A stretch of DNA of 64,000 nucleotides from the NCBI GenBank assembly GCA_964016885.1, contig OZ024740.1, forward strand, positions 411,370,001 to 411,434,000, written 5' to 3'. Both the position numbers and the translations under genes were made by a program. The first letter of the stretch is position 1; each line of letters opens with the position of its first letter. This stretch comes from Eledone cirrhosa (Eukaryota). Shown here piece by piece: positions 29,739 through 44,200 of the stretch. The notes under the pieces are model-generated. The model was not told where the DNA came from, searched no databases, and saw only the letters and a list, made by a program, of their open reading frames with translations.

Positions 29739-29898
29739 AAAAACGTCCATAAGTATGTATATATATGTGAAAATGTATATAAATAAGTAAATATATATAT
29801 ATGTTTGATGTGTATAGTTAGATGTAAGTGTATTCATGTATTAAAGTGCTTATATATATGTATATATATATGTATATGTATATGTGTATGTATGTGTA

Positions 29899-29997
<99 letters not shown>

Positions 29998-30571
29998 GTA
30001 TATATATGTATGTATATATGTGTATATAGATGTGTATGTATGTGTATGTGTGTACACATGGACTAGAGTAAGTATGTATATATGTGTGTGTCTATACGTG
30101 TGTATATAAAGATAAGTTGAGTATGAAAATGTATACACATGAGCGCGTAAGTATGTACATGAATACATGTGTGTACATATATGTGTATGCATGTGTATGT
30201 ATATGTAAGTATGAATATGTGAATTGTGAGTATATGTATTTTGTAGAGGTGTGCAAATATATTTGTGTGTGAATGCGTGGGTGAAAGGATACGTACACTT
30301 GAAAGAAAAATTTAAGTCTGAATGTTAATTAAGTGCAAACACAAAACCAACCACGCATATCTTTACTATCTCTAATCCTTCTATAGATTTAGAAAAATAA
30401 CCAATAATATATTCTATAAAAAATGTCAAAACAACAGATGGGAATCTAATTACTCACTGCCACCAAGAATTCTCACTGCTATCGAAAAACCACTCCTTCA
30501 ACTATTCTTCTAACAACTTCACCCCTCCCTCCTAATATTCTCTATAAAAACTAAATAGGTCCTCAGTAATA

Positions 30572-30627
30572 TTATTCTGATGAAATGACAGTAAATAATA
30601 ACATTGAAATATTGAATGTCTGCATAA
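30572..30627 (+). ncRNA. Hammerhead-like motif in the PLE-A pLTR
   Basis: CUGAUGA-AAUG...CAUU-GAAA-UAUU(G)AAUG-UC^; stems II and III good, GUC site, stem I poorly paired. Confidence 0.55.
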
Positions 30628-30838
30628 CTAAAAGTTTGTAGATAGCAGCTGTTTTAGGTTATGTAACTGTTATAGAAACACGTGTCAATAAATTCCTTTC
30701 AACTAAACTATATCCATTCAAATCTTTCTATTTTTCTCCGGATTACTTTTGGAACTACAACTGGAACCGTCGAGCAAACTCTACGTGAGCTGATAATCTA
30801 CTGTGTGTAATATTTATATTACAACACAACGGAAAATA

Positions 30839-30881
<43 letters not shown>

Positions 30882-30932
30882 TATATATATATACACATAT
30901 ATATATATATATATATATACATATACATAGAA

Positions 30933-31050
30933 ATAATTGTTTCTACTTTTGGCACAAGGCTAGCAATTGCCCAGTGTATTACTGGTACTTTATTTTATCG
31001 ACCCCGTAAGGATGAAAGGCAAAGTTAACCTCGGCGGGATTTGAACTCAG
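30933..31050 (-). mobile_element. SINE S1, partial
   Basis: S1 tail through B-box. Confidence 0.8.
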
Positions 31051-31885
31051 AGAAATAATGAAATCTAAGGATATCCTATTAAATAAGCGACAAGTATTAA
31101 TTATATCGTGCAATCATAAAATTAGAAGAATTTTCAAATATTATAAACCTAATTAATATACACCTTACACTTATATTTTACAAATTATTTAAAATTGCTT
31201 TTTTTATTTTTTATTTAGTTAACCTATAATTAGTATTTTACTACTGAGAACTTCATAATTTTATTTCCTTCTTACAGCTCTCTTTTCCTAAAATTAATAC
31301 CTATAACTATACATATAAACTATTTTAATTTCTTGTTATGAATCTAAATTCCTTGTAGTCTATATAATTTTGTTATTTCTCACTAATACATTTATCCCCC
31401 CTATTTTTTTTCCTTCGTTTTTAACATTCTTTAATAACATCTAACTCTTATTTAGCACATCTATATGAATTAATATAAATTTATCCCTATAAGTATCTAT
31501 TAAATTAATTTAATTTCTTGTTATAGATCTAAATTCCTCGTGTTTTAAATAAGATTGGTATTTCTCACTAACACATTTACCCTAATATGTTATTCTCCTT
31601 CGATTTTAACATTAGCATTATTCTTTAATAACACCTATTTTCGTGTACCTTTCACCGGCTTCACCTCTTTTCATCCCCAAAGTAATCCTTTCATTCAAAG
31701 TATTCTTTCCATTCAAAACTGAAGTTTGCATTCCTCTACCCCTAAATTGAATTTCTCCTACAACTATTCTATCAACTTGACCACTTACTAATTTTCTATT
31801 GGTCAATTCAAAACCTGTTCCAAACAGACCTATTATATTAAATCTTTGTTAGTTTTTTTCAATAAACAAATATCATTATTTCTGA

Positions 31886-32052
31886 TGGATTGGCAGTATC
31901 GGTAGAGGGTCGGACGCCATGCTTTCCAGCATAGTTACGTCCCTTTACGATCTGAGTTGACTTTGCCTTTCATCCTTACGGGGTCGATAAAATAAAGTAC
32001 CAGTAATGCACTGGGTAATTGCTGGCCTTGTGCCTAAAGTAGAAACAATTAT
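31886..32052 (+). mobile_element. SINE S1 with internal deletion
   Basis: A-box TGGCAGTATCGG and S1 tail. Confidence 0.85.
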
Positions 32053-32175
32053 TTCTGAAGAGAGCATATATATGTGTAGGTATGTATATTCCCTCTGATA
32101 GTTTTTAAAATATTTACATAGATCTATATGATATACATACCAACACACACACATATATATATATATATATGTGTG

Positions 32176-32295
<120 letters not shown>

Positions 32296-33218
32296 GTGTG
32301 TGTATAATTGAATATTACGAATGCAATTTCACAGAAGAACCCTTTCTATAATGTACACTTATGCGTTATCAAATATTTTTTTCAATTGAAAAAGGTCACT
32401 TTTCGCAAAACTGATTCCTCATATTTTGCATCTTGTCACTTTCTTAAAGGAAAACTATTTTTAAGCTAGCTGAACGAATATGTGCAATAGTAGCAGGCCC
32501 CATAAAACATGATCATTGACTAGACGAATTGAAAGAATCCTTCTTCAAAAACTTCTCTGTTTGGTGCTATCAAAAATAGAATGGAAATTCAAAATATACA
32601 TATTCAGGAATAAGAAAAGAAAAGGCCGAACTTAGAAAAGATTATTTCCTTATATGCCCTCTTTTTACCCCAGATATGTAGAACTATTTGTCTACCTAGA
32701 CAAACACTTTTTCGCGCTATAGGAAGATCAAATAATGGAAAAATAGTGTAGAAAAACGACGACTCGATAAACGTAATTCGAAGCACAAAACATTACAACA
32801 TACTGGAATAAAAGCTCAAAATCCATAAACCCATTGTTCCAAAATACGTAAGTTCTAGTTTATACATAATTGAGGGATTATCGTTCAAATTTTAGGATGG
32901 ATATATCTCCAGAGTAAAAGAAAAGTTCAATTGCAATTCTCAAACATTAATCTATTTGATAACATAATGATCGTTTATGAAACATTACATAGGCCACATC
33001 GGATTGTTTTTACACAAACAACTAACATTCACGGCCAAAAAATCAGTGGGGAAAACAAAGAAGAATCCCTTTATATAACCACATTACAATACATGCGGTA
33101 ATTAACTTATCTAGTTTTAAAATTTAAAATATCATCACATTTCTAAAATATTTTCATTTCAGAGACAGTATAAAATACGTACAATATTTACGACTGGAAG
33201 TTTGAGAGTTTCATAAGT

Positions 33219-33300
<82 letters not shown>

Positions 33301-35932
33301 AGGGGAATCAGATATACTATAATCATATGTGAAAGATTTGGTGAAATAATAGAACTCAATTTGTTAAATTATATTAGTTATTATTCGAAAAGTCGTTCTT
33401 AATCAATCGAAAATAAGACGAATGTCGGTAACCCCTAAATCGACTTGATGTACCAAATATAGAAATATTTGTTTTGACCAATTAGAGAAAATGAGTTACT
33501 TTAAATACATTTGTGACTATTTTCCTCTATTTGTTTCCTCATCAATCTGTATATAATCTTACACCTTTTCTGGAAATTTAACTAAGATTTGAAAGTTTAA
33601 AAAAATTGTAACTGTATTAATATAGAAATATAATAAAACATGTGTCAGAACGTTTACGTAAACGATAACTTTCTGGCTGGTACGAATCAGAGTCCATTGG
33701 CCCAAGTCTTTTTTCAGATATTATACAAAGTGTTTGAATAGAATCTGACAAGATAATTCTGAATTGCGCCCCTCCAGTCAATAGTTCAGCCGTTGATATA
33801 TACAGCTGACCAAGGATCTTACATGAAGTAACTCCATTTATTATATTCTTTCATGGGATAACCTTATATTAACACATATGTTGTATCTCGCCAGTCATTG
33901 TATTCATGATTTTGTTTTGATAACACATATAGGGTGTTTAATTTAAGAGTGGCTCTAATTATTATCTTAGATATTCATATGTTTTCAAAAACTTTAAACT
34001 GTGAATTCTGGTGTGACAGACGCTAACTCCATCCTTTATAACGAACACAATTCTCTATTTGTCTATAGTATGCTAATGACTGATTTTAGCACTAGGTTAT
34101 TTCTAGAGAAGCGAGTATTTTATTAGTGTTCTAATATGGCATTAGATTTCTAAAATGACAGTAGCCAGAATGAGGATATGTAACTAGCTCTTTGAATATG
34201 AAGGCCAATCACATATTTCTTACTCTGCCGTGTCAAGTTCTCTGTACATTTAGTACTATTCAATAGAGAAATGTACACGTGCTTGCTTTAACATCTTTCT
34301 GTTGGATATAATCTGACACGAAAACAAGTAACAGACAAAAAAATCATTGCAACCATCAACGATGTGACATTTAAAAAAGGATTTACATTCTATGAATTTC
34401 GTTAACAAAGCATGCATCACGTTGCATGAAACAAAGCGAAATGCCAACATAAAACCAATACGTTTTTAACAATGTAAAGTATCTTGCTTTCAACACTGTT
34501 TATTCGTGGTCAGACTGATATTTAGTGAAAAAGTGAATCTGGGGGGAAAAAAAAAAGAGAAAAAGTATAAAAGCTTTCATTAAATGTACTTAATGGGTTC
34601 TTTTAGAATTAGTTTTTACTTTTTTGCTTTATAGCTACTAGAAAACAAATTTCCAATTTGAACATTGTATTCTGCATAAAGGTATTAGTTTACTTCATAT
34701 TTTATAGAAAGCTATTATAGAAGTTTTCAAGTGATAAATGTTAATTAGATATTGAATAAGTTGAGATGAGTATAAAGATGCAATAATGTTTAGTTCGGCT
34801 GTATCAAGAAGGACTGTTCAGTTACAACCTAAGTTCACAAATTCACTACACTTAACATATCTTTTCATAGGCAATAATATACAGGGACGGTCACCAGCTC
34901 TAAGCAATCTACACAAAACCAAATTCATCAGTCATCATATAAGCATCTTTAATAAATCTTACAAAATTGTGAGCTGTGACAGTGCAATATTTGTAATTGA
35001 TATCAAATTCATTATAGCTGAGTGTAGGGTGATCTATATTCAAAACTATATTCCCTGTATAATTATGGGTTCTGTTCTCTAGTTAAATTCAATCCTGTGA
35101 TAGTAGACATATCAGAACGGTTTATCAGCTATCACAATCCAACTGAATTTTCGTGATACCTAATACTAAATTATCTAAATCGTTATCACATTATAGAAGA
35201 CAATATGGTATCTCTTTATTAATAACTTGCTGCTGTTTCTAGCAGATAAACTGTTCACGTATATTTCACTAAACGTATTCACTGCAGTGGAAGCTTACAA
35301 TATACAGGAAAAACCAACAACAACCTTCTGAACAGTCTTCGTATAATTTTGAGTCACATCCATCACGCTTTCTCGGATTATTCTCCATCTCCTCTTTTTC
35401 GTTCTATTTCCCTTTCTCTCCTTCTCATCCTTGCTTAACTACATTATGTACCTTATTCAACCCATTCTGGACTCAGCTTGCTACATTCACCTCATGTCGT
35501 CGTCCTTCTGAGGATTTACCGCGTTTTCAATGTCTGACTATAAAAAAGCTAAGAGAGCATACCTATTATTTTCTGCACGTACATCTACGATTTTTACAAT
35601 ATTTTCTGTCTTGGCGAATGTTATATTCTCTAGGGTAATTCATCTAATTCGAAAGAGTTATTCTTTAATTGTTGAGTGTTTCTTGTTTATCCATCATCCG
35701 GTCAAATTATTATTTTCCTAATATTTTTCGTCGTATGGCGTTCCGCTATTCACAAGAATTGTTGTCCCTGGTGACGAATTTAAAATTCTCTAGGATCAGA
35801 AGATGAGCAGGTCTGTTGTTTAGAATTTACAAAACTGCTTTGAGCTTCATAAACAACAGTTTTAAAGATAATTACTTTTCAATATTATGGTTAGGCATTG
35901 ATTTCACCTACGCAAGGCAGATATAATCCTGA

Positions 35933-35972
<40 letters not shown>

Positions 35973-36449
35973 GATTCAGGACCCCGACGGCTGAGCTTCG
36001 GCCGTTCCGACAGATAGATTCGAACTCTGCTACTCCAAGTATCGAGTACTCTGGTGGATTATGGTATAGTCGGTTTTTACCACATCCTATCTGAAAACAA
36101 GAACAGAATAGGAATACAAATTCCTAATATAACATTTACTGCTTCCACACCAACTGCGAAGTCCCTAACGACTCTCCACGTGAAAGCTAAAATATAGGCT
36201 TAACGCAGACACCGCAAAACACACACACGCACACACACTCATTCACACATGTTCACACAAACGCACAAATATATATAAATGCATATATATATATATATAA
36301 CAACTAGAAATTGATTAACATAAATAAACATGAATAATCACAGAAATATATATATAACACATGTTTATATCTATCTAGGGCGGGTAAAATTCCTGAGATA
36401 ATTTAATATAGAAATATATATATATACACATATACATACACACACACAA

Positions 36450-36508
<59 letters not shown>

Positions 36509-36799
36509 CAAATAACGAAACGAAATTAAATTTCGTTTCGTTTGTAACTCACTTTTGTATGACTGACGCTTAAACAATTAAGTTAAAAATGTACATCTAC
36601 ATATGCATACTGAAATACTAGTGTGTATATGAATACACACACGTATACATATGTAGGTGTACCAAGTCTTTCACTGGTCGCTTTACAGTGAGCGGCCCAG
36701 CTATTCTGTATGTAAACACACAGACAAACCGGTTTTTAGAGTCATACTGGTTTTTCGGGGGAACACCTTCCCCCTATTCTCCAGAAAGCTAGACAAGGA

Positions 36800-36842
36800 A
36801 TATTGAACTAGTTTCGTTGTTGTTACAACTCATCAGCAATAT
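36800..36842 (-). ncRNA. Type I minimal hammerhead ribozyme, intact core
   Basis: AUAUUG-CUGAUGA-GUUG(UAACAA)CAAC-GAAA-CUAG-UU^CAAUAU; perfect 6-bp stem I, 4-bp stem II, palindromic ACUAGU. Confidence 0.93.
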
Positions 36843-36888
36843 TTACCTATCTACCGGCCTTTCTGGAGAATTGTAAAAGCACATATCG

Positions 36889-36936
36889 TTATATGCTTTT
36901 TCTATGAAAATTAGTAGTGGGCAGATTAATTTGCAT
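36889..36936 (-). promoter_or_regulatory. Octamer plus PSE-like/TATA-like block upstream of the R2 HHR
   Basis: Minus strand ATGCAAAT-N15-TAATTTTCATA-GAAAAAGCATATAA. Confidence 0.5.
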
Positions 36937-37511
36937 AGAGTGTGAGTACGCACCGGTTCAGCGGAGACGATAAAAACAAATAACGAAACGAAATTAAATT
37001 TCGTTTCGTTTGTAACTCACTTTTGTATGACTGACGCTTAAACAATTAAGTTAAAAATGTACATCTACATATGCATACTGAAATACTAGTGTGTATATGA
37101 ATACACACACGTATACATATGTACGTGTACCAAGTCTTTCACTGGTCGCTTTACAGTGAGCGGCCCAGCTATTCTGTATGTAAACACACAGACAAACCGG
37201 TTTTTAGAGTCATACTGGTTTTTCGGGGGAACACCTTCCCCCTATTCTCCAGAAAGCCAGACAAGGAATATTGAACTAGAGAATAGGGGGAAGGTGTTCC
37301 CCCGAAAAACCAGTATGACTCTAAAAACCGGTTTGTCTGTGTGTTTACATACAGAATAGCTGGGCCGCTCACTGTAAAGCGACCAGTGAAAGACTTGGTA
37401 CACGTACATATGTATACGTGTGTGTATTCATATACACACTAGTATTTCAGTATGCATATGTAGATGTACATTTTTAACTTAATTGTTTATATATATATAT
37501 ATATATATATG

Positions 37512-37624
<113 letters not shown>

Positions 37625-38315
37625 GTATATGTATATATATATATTTCTATATTAAATTATCTCGGGAATTGTATCCCCCCCCCCAGATAGATATTAAATT
37701 TGTTATATATATATTTATATATATATATGCATTTATATATATTTGTGCGTTTGTGTGGACATGTGAATGAGTGCGTTTGTGTGCGTGCGTGTGTTTTGCG
37801 GTGTCTGCGTTAAGCCTATACTTTAGCGTTCACGTGGAAAGTGGTTAGGGACTTCGCAGTTGGTGGAAGCAGTAAATGTTATAATAGGAATTTGTATTCC
37901 TATTCTGTTCTTGTTTGCAAGATTTTCGAATGGATTTCGCGAGTAAGAGATATTTGGTTATATTACTTGCCTTGGCTTTCCGTCTGTCCCCCTTGTGTCA
38001 CCACTTCTATACGAAAATGCACCATTCTAGAGTGAACCGCTGGTCAACATTGTGACATATATTCTATCGACGTGGATGTATCACGACACTATGTAATCTT
38101 TCATATTCTTCTTTCGCCAATCATTTTTGTCTGCGTCTATATTTCCTGGAATTTGCTCGAGGTTATATATGAATATTTTCTGCATATATTCTGAACGACA
38201 ATTGCAGGAAGGGAGAAAAGCATCTTTCTGTGATTATTTTTAACTAATGGGATCGGGAAGGGGGTCAGAATGAGAATAACGATTATACAACGAGGAATAT
38301 AATGACGAGGTCGTA

Positions 38316-38366
<51 letters not shown>

Positions 38367-38428
38367 GGTGGTGGTGGTGGTGGTGGTGGTGGTGGTGGTG
38401 GTGGTGGTGATGGTGGTGGTGGTGGTGA

Positions 38429-38462
<34 letters not shown>

Positions 38463-38592
38463 GGTGGTGGTGGTGGTGGTGATGATGATGATGGTGGTGG
38501 TGGTGGTGGTGGTGGTGGTGGTGGTGGTGATGGTGATGATGATGGTGGTGGTGGTGGTGGTGGTGGTGGTGGTGGTGGTGGTGGTGGTGGTG

Positions 38593-38629
<37 letters not shown>

Positions 38630-38645
38630 TGATGATGATGATGAT
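38316..38645 (+). repeat. Compound (GAT)/(GGT)/(GAC) trinucleotide microsatellite
   Basis: Direct reading. Confidence 0.95.
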
Positions 38646-39008
38646 AGGGATAATGATGCTTATGGTGGCCATTATGGCTCGTTTTCTCGCTATATTAATT
38701 GCTATTGCTCTCATCAATCATTACTGTTACAACTGCGCTTATCACTACCAACAGTGGCAGCAATATCATCCTTCCCATACTATTACCACAAACGCTTCTC
38801 TTCATTATTTCAATCACCAATAATTATACTACCATTACCACCAGCTGAATCAATCTTACAAAAATTACCCGTGTCACCACTGCTGTCTCTGCCACTAATA
38901 ACATCACCATCTCCACCAGCAGCTACGATCGTACCAAATACAAAAGATCAACATTGCCATAAGCATTCTTGATTTCTTTTATAAGAAAATTAACCAGAGG
39001 GAATATGG

Positions 39009-39385
39009 AATAATAATAATAATAATAATGAAATTATTGTGTACAGTGCTCAGGTGCACTACAACTCATCAAATGTGCATATATAGTACATAGAATAATA
39101 TACAAATGTCAGGGAAGTGAATTGTGTGTGAGACATGATATACATGTGCGCGTATGGAAGGGGGATATTAGGTGTAGTGTTGGCGAATCTGAGGAAGCAT
39201 GGAGGTTTTAAAGGATGCAGTGTCTCGACAGCTAACAACTGATGCAGGTAGTTTGTTCCATACTTCAGCAACTCTGAGCGTGAAAAAATGTTTCCGAAAG
39301 TCATGGGAGCTGTGCTGTTTTCTGACTTTGTTGGCACGCCCACGTGTGTTAGACACATGGATATCAAGAGATTCGTCATATTTCA
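39009..39385 (-). mobile_element. CR1/L2-group LINE 3' fragment
   Basis: NTRG..K....RKHFFTLRVAEVWNKLPASVV...ASFK C-terminal signature, followed by a 3' UTR and (ATT)n tail. Confidence 0.85.
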
Positions 39386-41324
39386 TTATTTTCTAGCCCC
39401 GTGTTAATTACTATACTAGTTGATTTACGACTATTGAAACTTGTGTTCATTTGTCAATAAATGTGGCTATAGACGCTGACGATTTAACGGTAGCAATCTT
39501 TGTTAAATAACATTTGTATAGTCCGTGTAGGTGACGCATCTGTTTATAGCATAGTAGCTATCACCTATGAAGTTCTGTCATGCACCGTTATAACAGATCG
39601 AGCTTCTGGCATGAAAAGTAAAAGATACAGCTTTAATTTGCTATATAAATCAGTTTACTTCACTGTTCTGATCCCTGAAGAAAAGCCAGTCAACGACGTA
39701 ATCACTATGCAATCGCTCTATCTGTTAAAAGTATGATTTAAATTTAAGTCACACCACGCTTAAACAAAGACAAGATTTACTATATATCTGAGATATATAC
39801 AGAATGTATATATGGCTTGAGTGTTTTTGGCCATAAGTTTGATCAATGAGTATTGATCCGGGACTAAACAACAGCCGCATCTAAAATGCATAAAACCTAC
39901 CATTGGGGAGAATAATGTAGAATGACATGCATATCTTTATTGTGTGAAAGGAGAGCTAATGGTAACATGCAATTTCGTTTAAAAGGCGATTAATTTGAAG
40001 GAGCTATTAGAGCCACCGATGAAATAATATTTTGGGGTATTTGTTCCAGCATTCCGACTTCAAATATCACTGAGATCAACTTTTTTTTTTTTATCAGGAA
40101 CTGACTTTGAAGATAATCTCTCTTTTTTCTCTCCACATCTTTCGCCCTCACAATTGGAATAGGTTGTGTAAAGGATCAATCATATTTTACCGGCGACGGA
40201 GACCCTTCCATAAAGAGGGTCCAGGCAAAGTTCTAGCAAACTCCTCCTGTGGAATGGGCATTTGCTACAGAATCAAAGGACAACAATATGCTAAACATAT
40301 ACATTAGTTCATGTACATGGTAATGTTAATAGATTCTACTTGTATTTGACTGTCATTTAATTAAGATCCGGATATATTCGTAGACACTTTCATGTTATCA
40401 AATTTTGTAATAAATGTGTACTGCTCTGTATCAGCCTTTCTGTGTATATCTATGACATGGTCACGGGTATGCTAAAATATCTATCTTTGAAACTCAATTG
40501 TTATCCGATTGTTTAATCACTTCAGTATTTATTCATATAAACTGCTTTTACAACATTTGTTATTGGCCAGATTGTTGTCCGTTCTATACAGTCCACCCAG
40601 GTGGATATATTATGGAAGGTAAAACATCAATGAGGAAAATTCTACGAGGTCACCCGATCATCAATGCTTAAAAAACAAAGACAATTGGAACGACGTATAA
40701 ATGAAAGAAACGTTTTATATGTATACTCGATCAGTATTGATCCAAATTCAAATAATAAACTATAATGGATAAAATAACAAATTATGTATTTTTGTGTTTA
40801 TTGATCGAATTTGCAACGTGAGTTAACATTTGAAGGAAAAGAGTATGCATCTAAGACTTGCCTAGAAGATAATTCTATTGATTGCAGAGATATGAAAAGA
40901 GAAGGTGATTCCAGTAAAAATATAGGCTGAGAAATTAAATATTTTACAGTGTGTTAGAGGCTACCGTTTCCATCAACCGATACATAATTTGCTTAGATAT
41001 TAATGTGTGGGTAATATTAATATAGGAATAACATGAAGGTATTAGAAGCTACAAAGTCTCCAGCTTCTTCTGTAAAATAAGAGATATAGCTCGTGTGAAA
41101 TGAAATTGTTTCTTCAAAACAACATACATGGAGGATATGGGGTTCACTTCTTCATAGTCGCCTTTGGTAACATCTTTTTCCGTCTTTTCAGGGTCTTCAC
41201 CCTATATTATAAACTATATTTCTGCGCATAACCGAGGATATATATAATGAACGTCATTTAAACCGTGACAATCCTAAATCTCTATGCAGAATTACTGTAC
41301 CCCAAATATTGTGTTCTTATATGG

Positions 41325-41510
41325 GCACACACGGCCAACAATGTTTGATTAAATCGACCCCAGTGCGTGACTGGTACTTTATTTTATCGAACTCGTAAGG
41401 ATGAAAGGCAAAGTTAACCTTGGGGGGATTTGAACTCAGATCATAAAGGGCCGTAACTCTATGCTGCAAAGCATGGCGTGGCCCTCTATCGATACTGCCA
41501 ATCCACCGCC
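41325..41510 (-). mobile_element. SINE S1-related copy
   Basis: S1 head and body; CTACTGTACCCCAAATATT-like flanking repeat at ~41293 and ~41511 (probable TSD). Confidence 0.8.
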
Positions 41511-42054
41511 TACTGTACCCCAAATATTATTATCCAATATCATTTCATATCTGTTTGGCAAGATAATTGACTGTTACCTCTAGCATATCGAAAGAGCACA
41601 CAGAGCTGTAACAACATTTCTGAAATTAGAATAAACCCACCAGAGTACAAATACTATGCTTGGAGCTGGTAAAAATAACAACCAAATGAACATCAATTTA
41701 CACACCTGATGTTTTGTGTAAAGCTTTATATAAATACATTTAGTGTTTCATAGAGAGAAGCAAGGGTTGGCCTTAGCTGGAAAGGCGCAAATAATAGATC
41801 TACATTTTCAATAGTAATCCGAGGAATACTACTACATTAAATCATCGATAATTGTGAAAGGATATACAAATCAATTTTCCATGTTAGCGAAAATTCACTT
41901 AACATTCCCATGGTAAAACAGATTTACGGCTTCATGCACTCAGAAATTGCTAATACCTCACCAACGAAAAGAGAGGCAGTTATACATAAAACAAATAATT
42001 AGAACAGCTTTATTTCTCTCCCTCTCTCTCTCTCTCTCCCCCTCTCTCTCTCTC

Positions 42055-42167
<113 letters not shown>

Positions 42168-42276
42168 GTTTTTTTCTCCTCTCTCTCAAATAATCTACCG
42201 CTCACCATATCAATCACACAACGAACAATATACAAACTTTGTTATATATTGATGATTCACAATATATATATATATA

Positions 42277-44200
42277 GGAAAATGTATGACACCGACGGCA
42301 GAGCTGAAGCCGTTTCGACAGCTATTTCTGGACTAAATTAGAATTTTTAGCGTGGTAAATAAATAGCCGAAATTTTCAAGGGGTAATTCCTTATATGGGA
42401 AGATTGTAATGATCAAGAGGATTCGTCAACATTTCTTGTAAACACCATTAAGTCTTTCATGGCAGTTGGTGGGAGGTAGGGTGGCTGAACTTGCCTGTAG
42501 AACAATGAGGGAGTTGGTGGAGCCTGTCAAGCGTTGAAAGTGAATTCTATACAGCGAATTCTAAGGATTGTGTATGAAAATAGGCTAGTTAGGAAACAGG
42601 CGAAAAAGGATTCTGGAGAAAATAGAGAGGGACGTTATAGAATAGGCTAACAAATTGAGATTAGGAGATAATATATAAATAAGAAAATATATAAAAAAAT
42701 ATAAAAGTTGATAGTAAGAAGTAATAAGAAATCTCTAGAGTCTAAATCAGCTGCTATATTTAGTTGGTATTGAGTTTTCGGCCAATGCTATATATAGTTT
42801 ACTGGGGTGGGCTTACTGGGGCTACAATAGCCCGGTGGACTGCCTCGGGGTAGGCAAAGGGGAAAAAGGATAAGGAAGAGGATAGGGAGTGGAAGGAAGT
42901 GATAAGAAGAGATAAAGGGAAGAAGAAAATAACATGGAAAAGAAAAGAAGTAGCTGGCGTTTCCCCTATCTTGTTCGGAAAGTGAGGAAAAGGAGGATGT
43001 TGCAGCCATTGTCTACCCACCCGGGTCATGAGGGGGTTTGAGGGCGAGGTAAGTCCTATGCAATTGGTGTTTGCATCTAGTTACAAGTTCGTCTCTTTTG
43101 TTTAGGAGTTAGTCCTTCGTAAACAGCATTTGTAATGTTTCCTCCGCGTAGGAGTTAGCCCTGGACAGTAAGCTCCAAAAGTAAGATTGTATGTTATCTT
43201 ATTATCTTGGAGGTCCCAGATGAGGCCCGAAAGTGTAGTGGCATGTCACCGGGCCCGGTTTCAGAGCGTATGTCGGTGTTGGTAGAGCCGTGTCTTAAAG
43301 TCACAAGCGGGTAAACCTATATAGGCTTTGTTGGAGGTTTCCGTTCTCACGTTGCATTGGTAGATCACATTACGTTCTCGGCATCTGTTGTTGAGGGGGA
43401 ACGTAGATCTATCAGGGCAGTTACACCTCCTGGTCGGCTCTCCACTAATGTCTACGTTGTTTCTACCATGGGGTTGAGTTTCTTGTTGTTTGAGGAGGCG
43501 ATGTTTTGTGCGAAGTTGGGTGTGGTGCTGTAGGAGAGTTTGATAGTGTTTTTGTTGATTATGTTGTGGTAGCGGTGTTGTGGTGGGAGTGTTTTTCGAG
43601 AGCCTAAAGAAAATGTTCCCGATAGGTGTTGCCAACTCGGGAATGTGGGGAGGTTTGAACCACGTTACGTTGCGTTGAGGGGAAGTATGTGTTTAATAAT
43701 ATGTTGAAGTAGACGGATTGCACGTGACCAAGCTTTAAGTGGATTTTAAAGTTGTTGCCAACATCATTTGTACAATGTAAATAGAATATTTTCCACATCA
43801 TAAAATGATGTAGCACTCATGGTGGCATTGGAAAGAGAAGAGTTAGAGCTTTTCTAATCGACTCCAATAGTCAAGGCATACGATGCCGTCTATCGTTTTT
43901 TAATTGACCTTTGGATTGCTTCAATGTTCAGAATATCTTGTTTCATATGGGGGTGGGGTACACACCACAGTGTTCAACATTATCCATGGCAGGGTTGGGT
44001 AAAAGTAGAGCAGAGAAGGATAATAGTGTGAATATCTATATATCGGAAAGTTCTAAGAATCCAGGAACAAATTCTACTGTCTATGTACCCTTTGTTGTTT
44101 ATGTGCGTGCCCCAGTTGAAATTGTTATAGACAATTACTCCATGGTATCTTTTGTTGTTGAATGACACGAAGGTTTCACCCGAGGAAAGGGAATATATTA
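42277..44200 (-). mobile_element. PLE family C, decayed (GIY-YIG plus 3' UTR)
   Basis: 43261-43635 (-) encodes RCNCPDRSTFPLNNRCRERNVIYQC...AYIGL..DFKTRLYQH; the 3' end abuts (TA)n; the 5' boundary is uncertain. Confidence 0.75.

Larger units (their letters stand above)
25695..30845 (+). mobile_element. PLE family A, near full length, with a 1.45-kb inverted 5' arm
   Basis: 25695-27144 is the reverse complement of 29272-30727; ~53-bp direct repeat at 27142 and 30792 (pLTR tail); TA flanks. Confidence 0.95.
36503..37487 (-). mobile_element. Retrozyme-like tandem element R2 (~468-bp period) with terminal fold-back
   Basis: 36503-36811 is repeated almost exactly at 36971-37279; 37280-37487 is the reverse complement of ~37040-37248; no ORF; TA flanks. 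Confidence 0.88.

Noticed and set aside
31320-31860. Degenerate ~185-bp tandem duplication plus a possible PLE C-terminal remnant on the minus strand
   Set aside because: Too decayed to assign with confidence.
36150-36200. CTGCGAA...GAAA as a hammerhead
   Set aside because: Core and stems do not fit.
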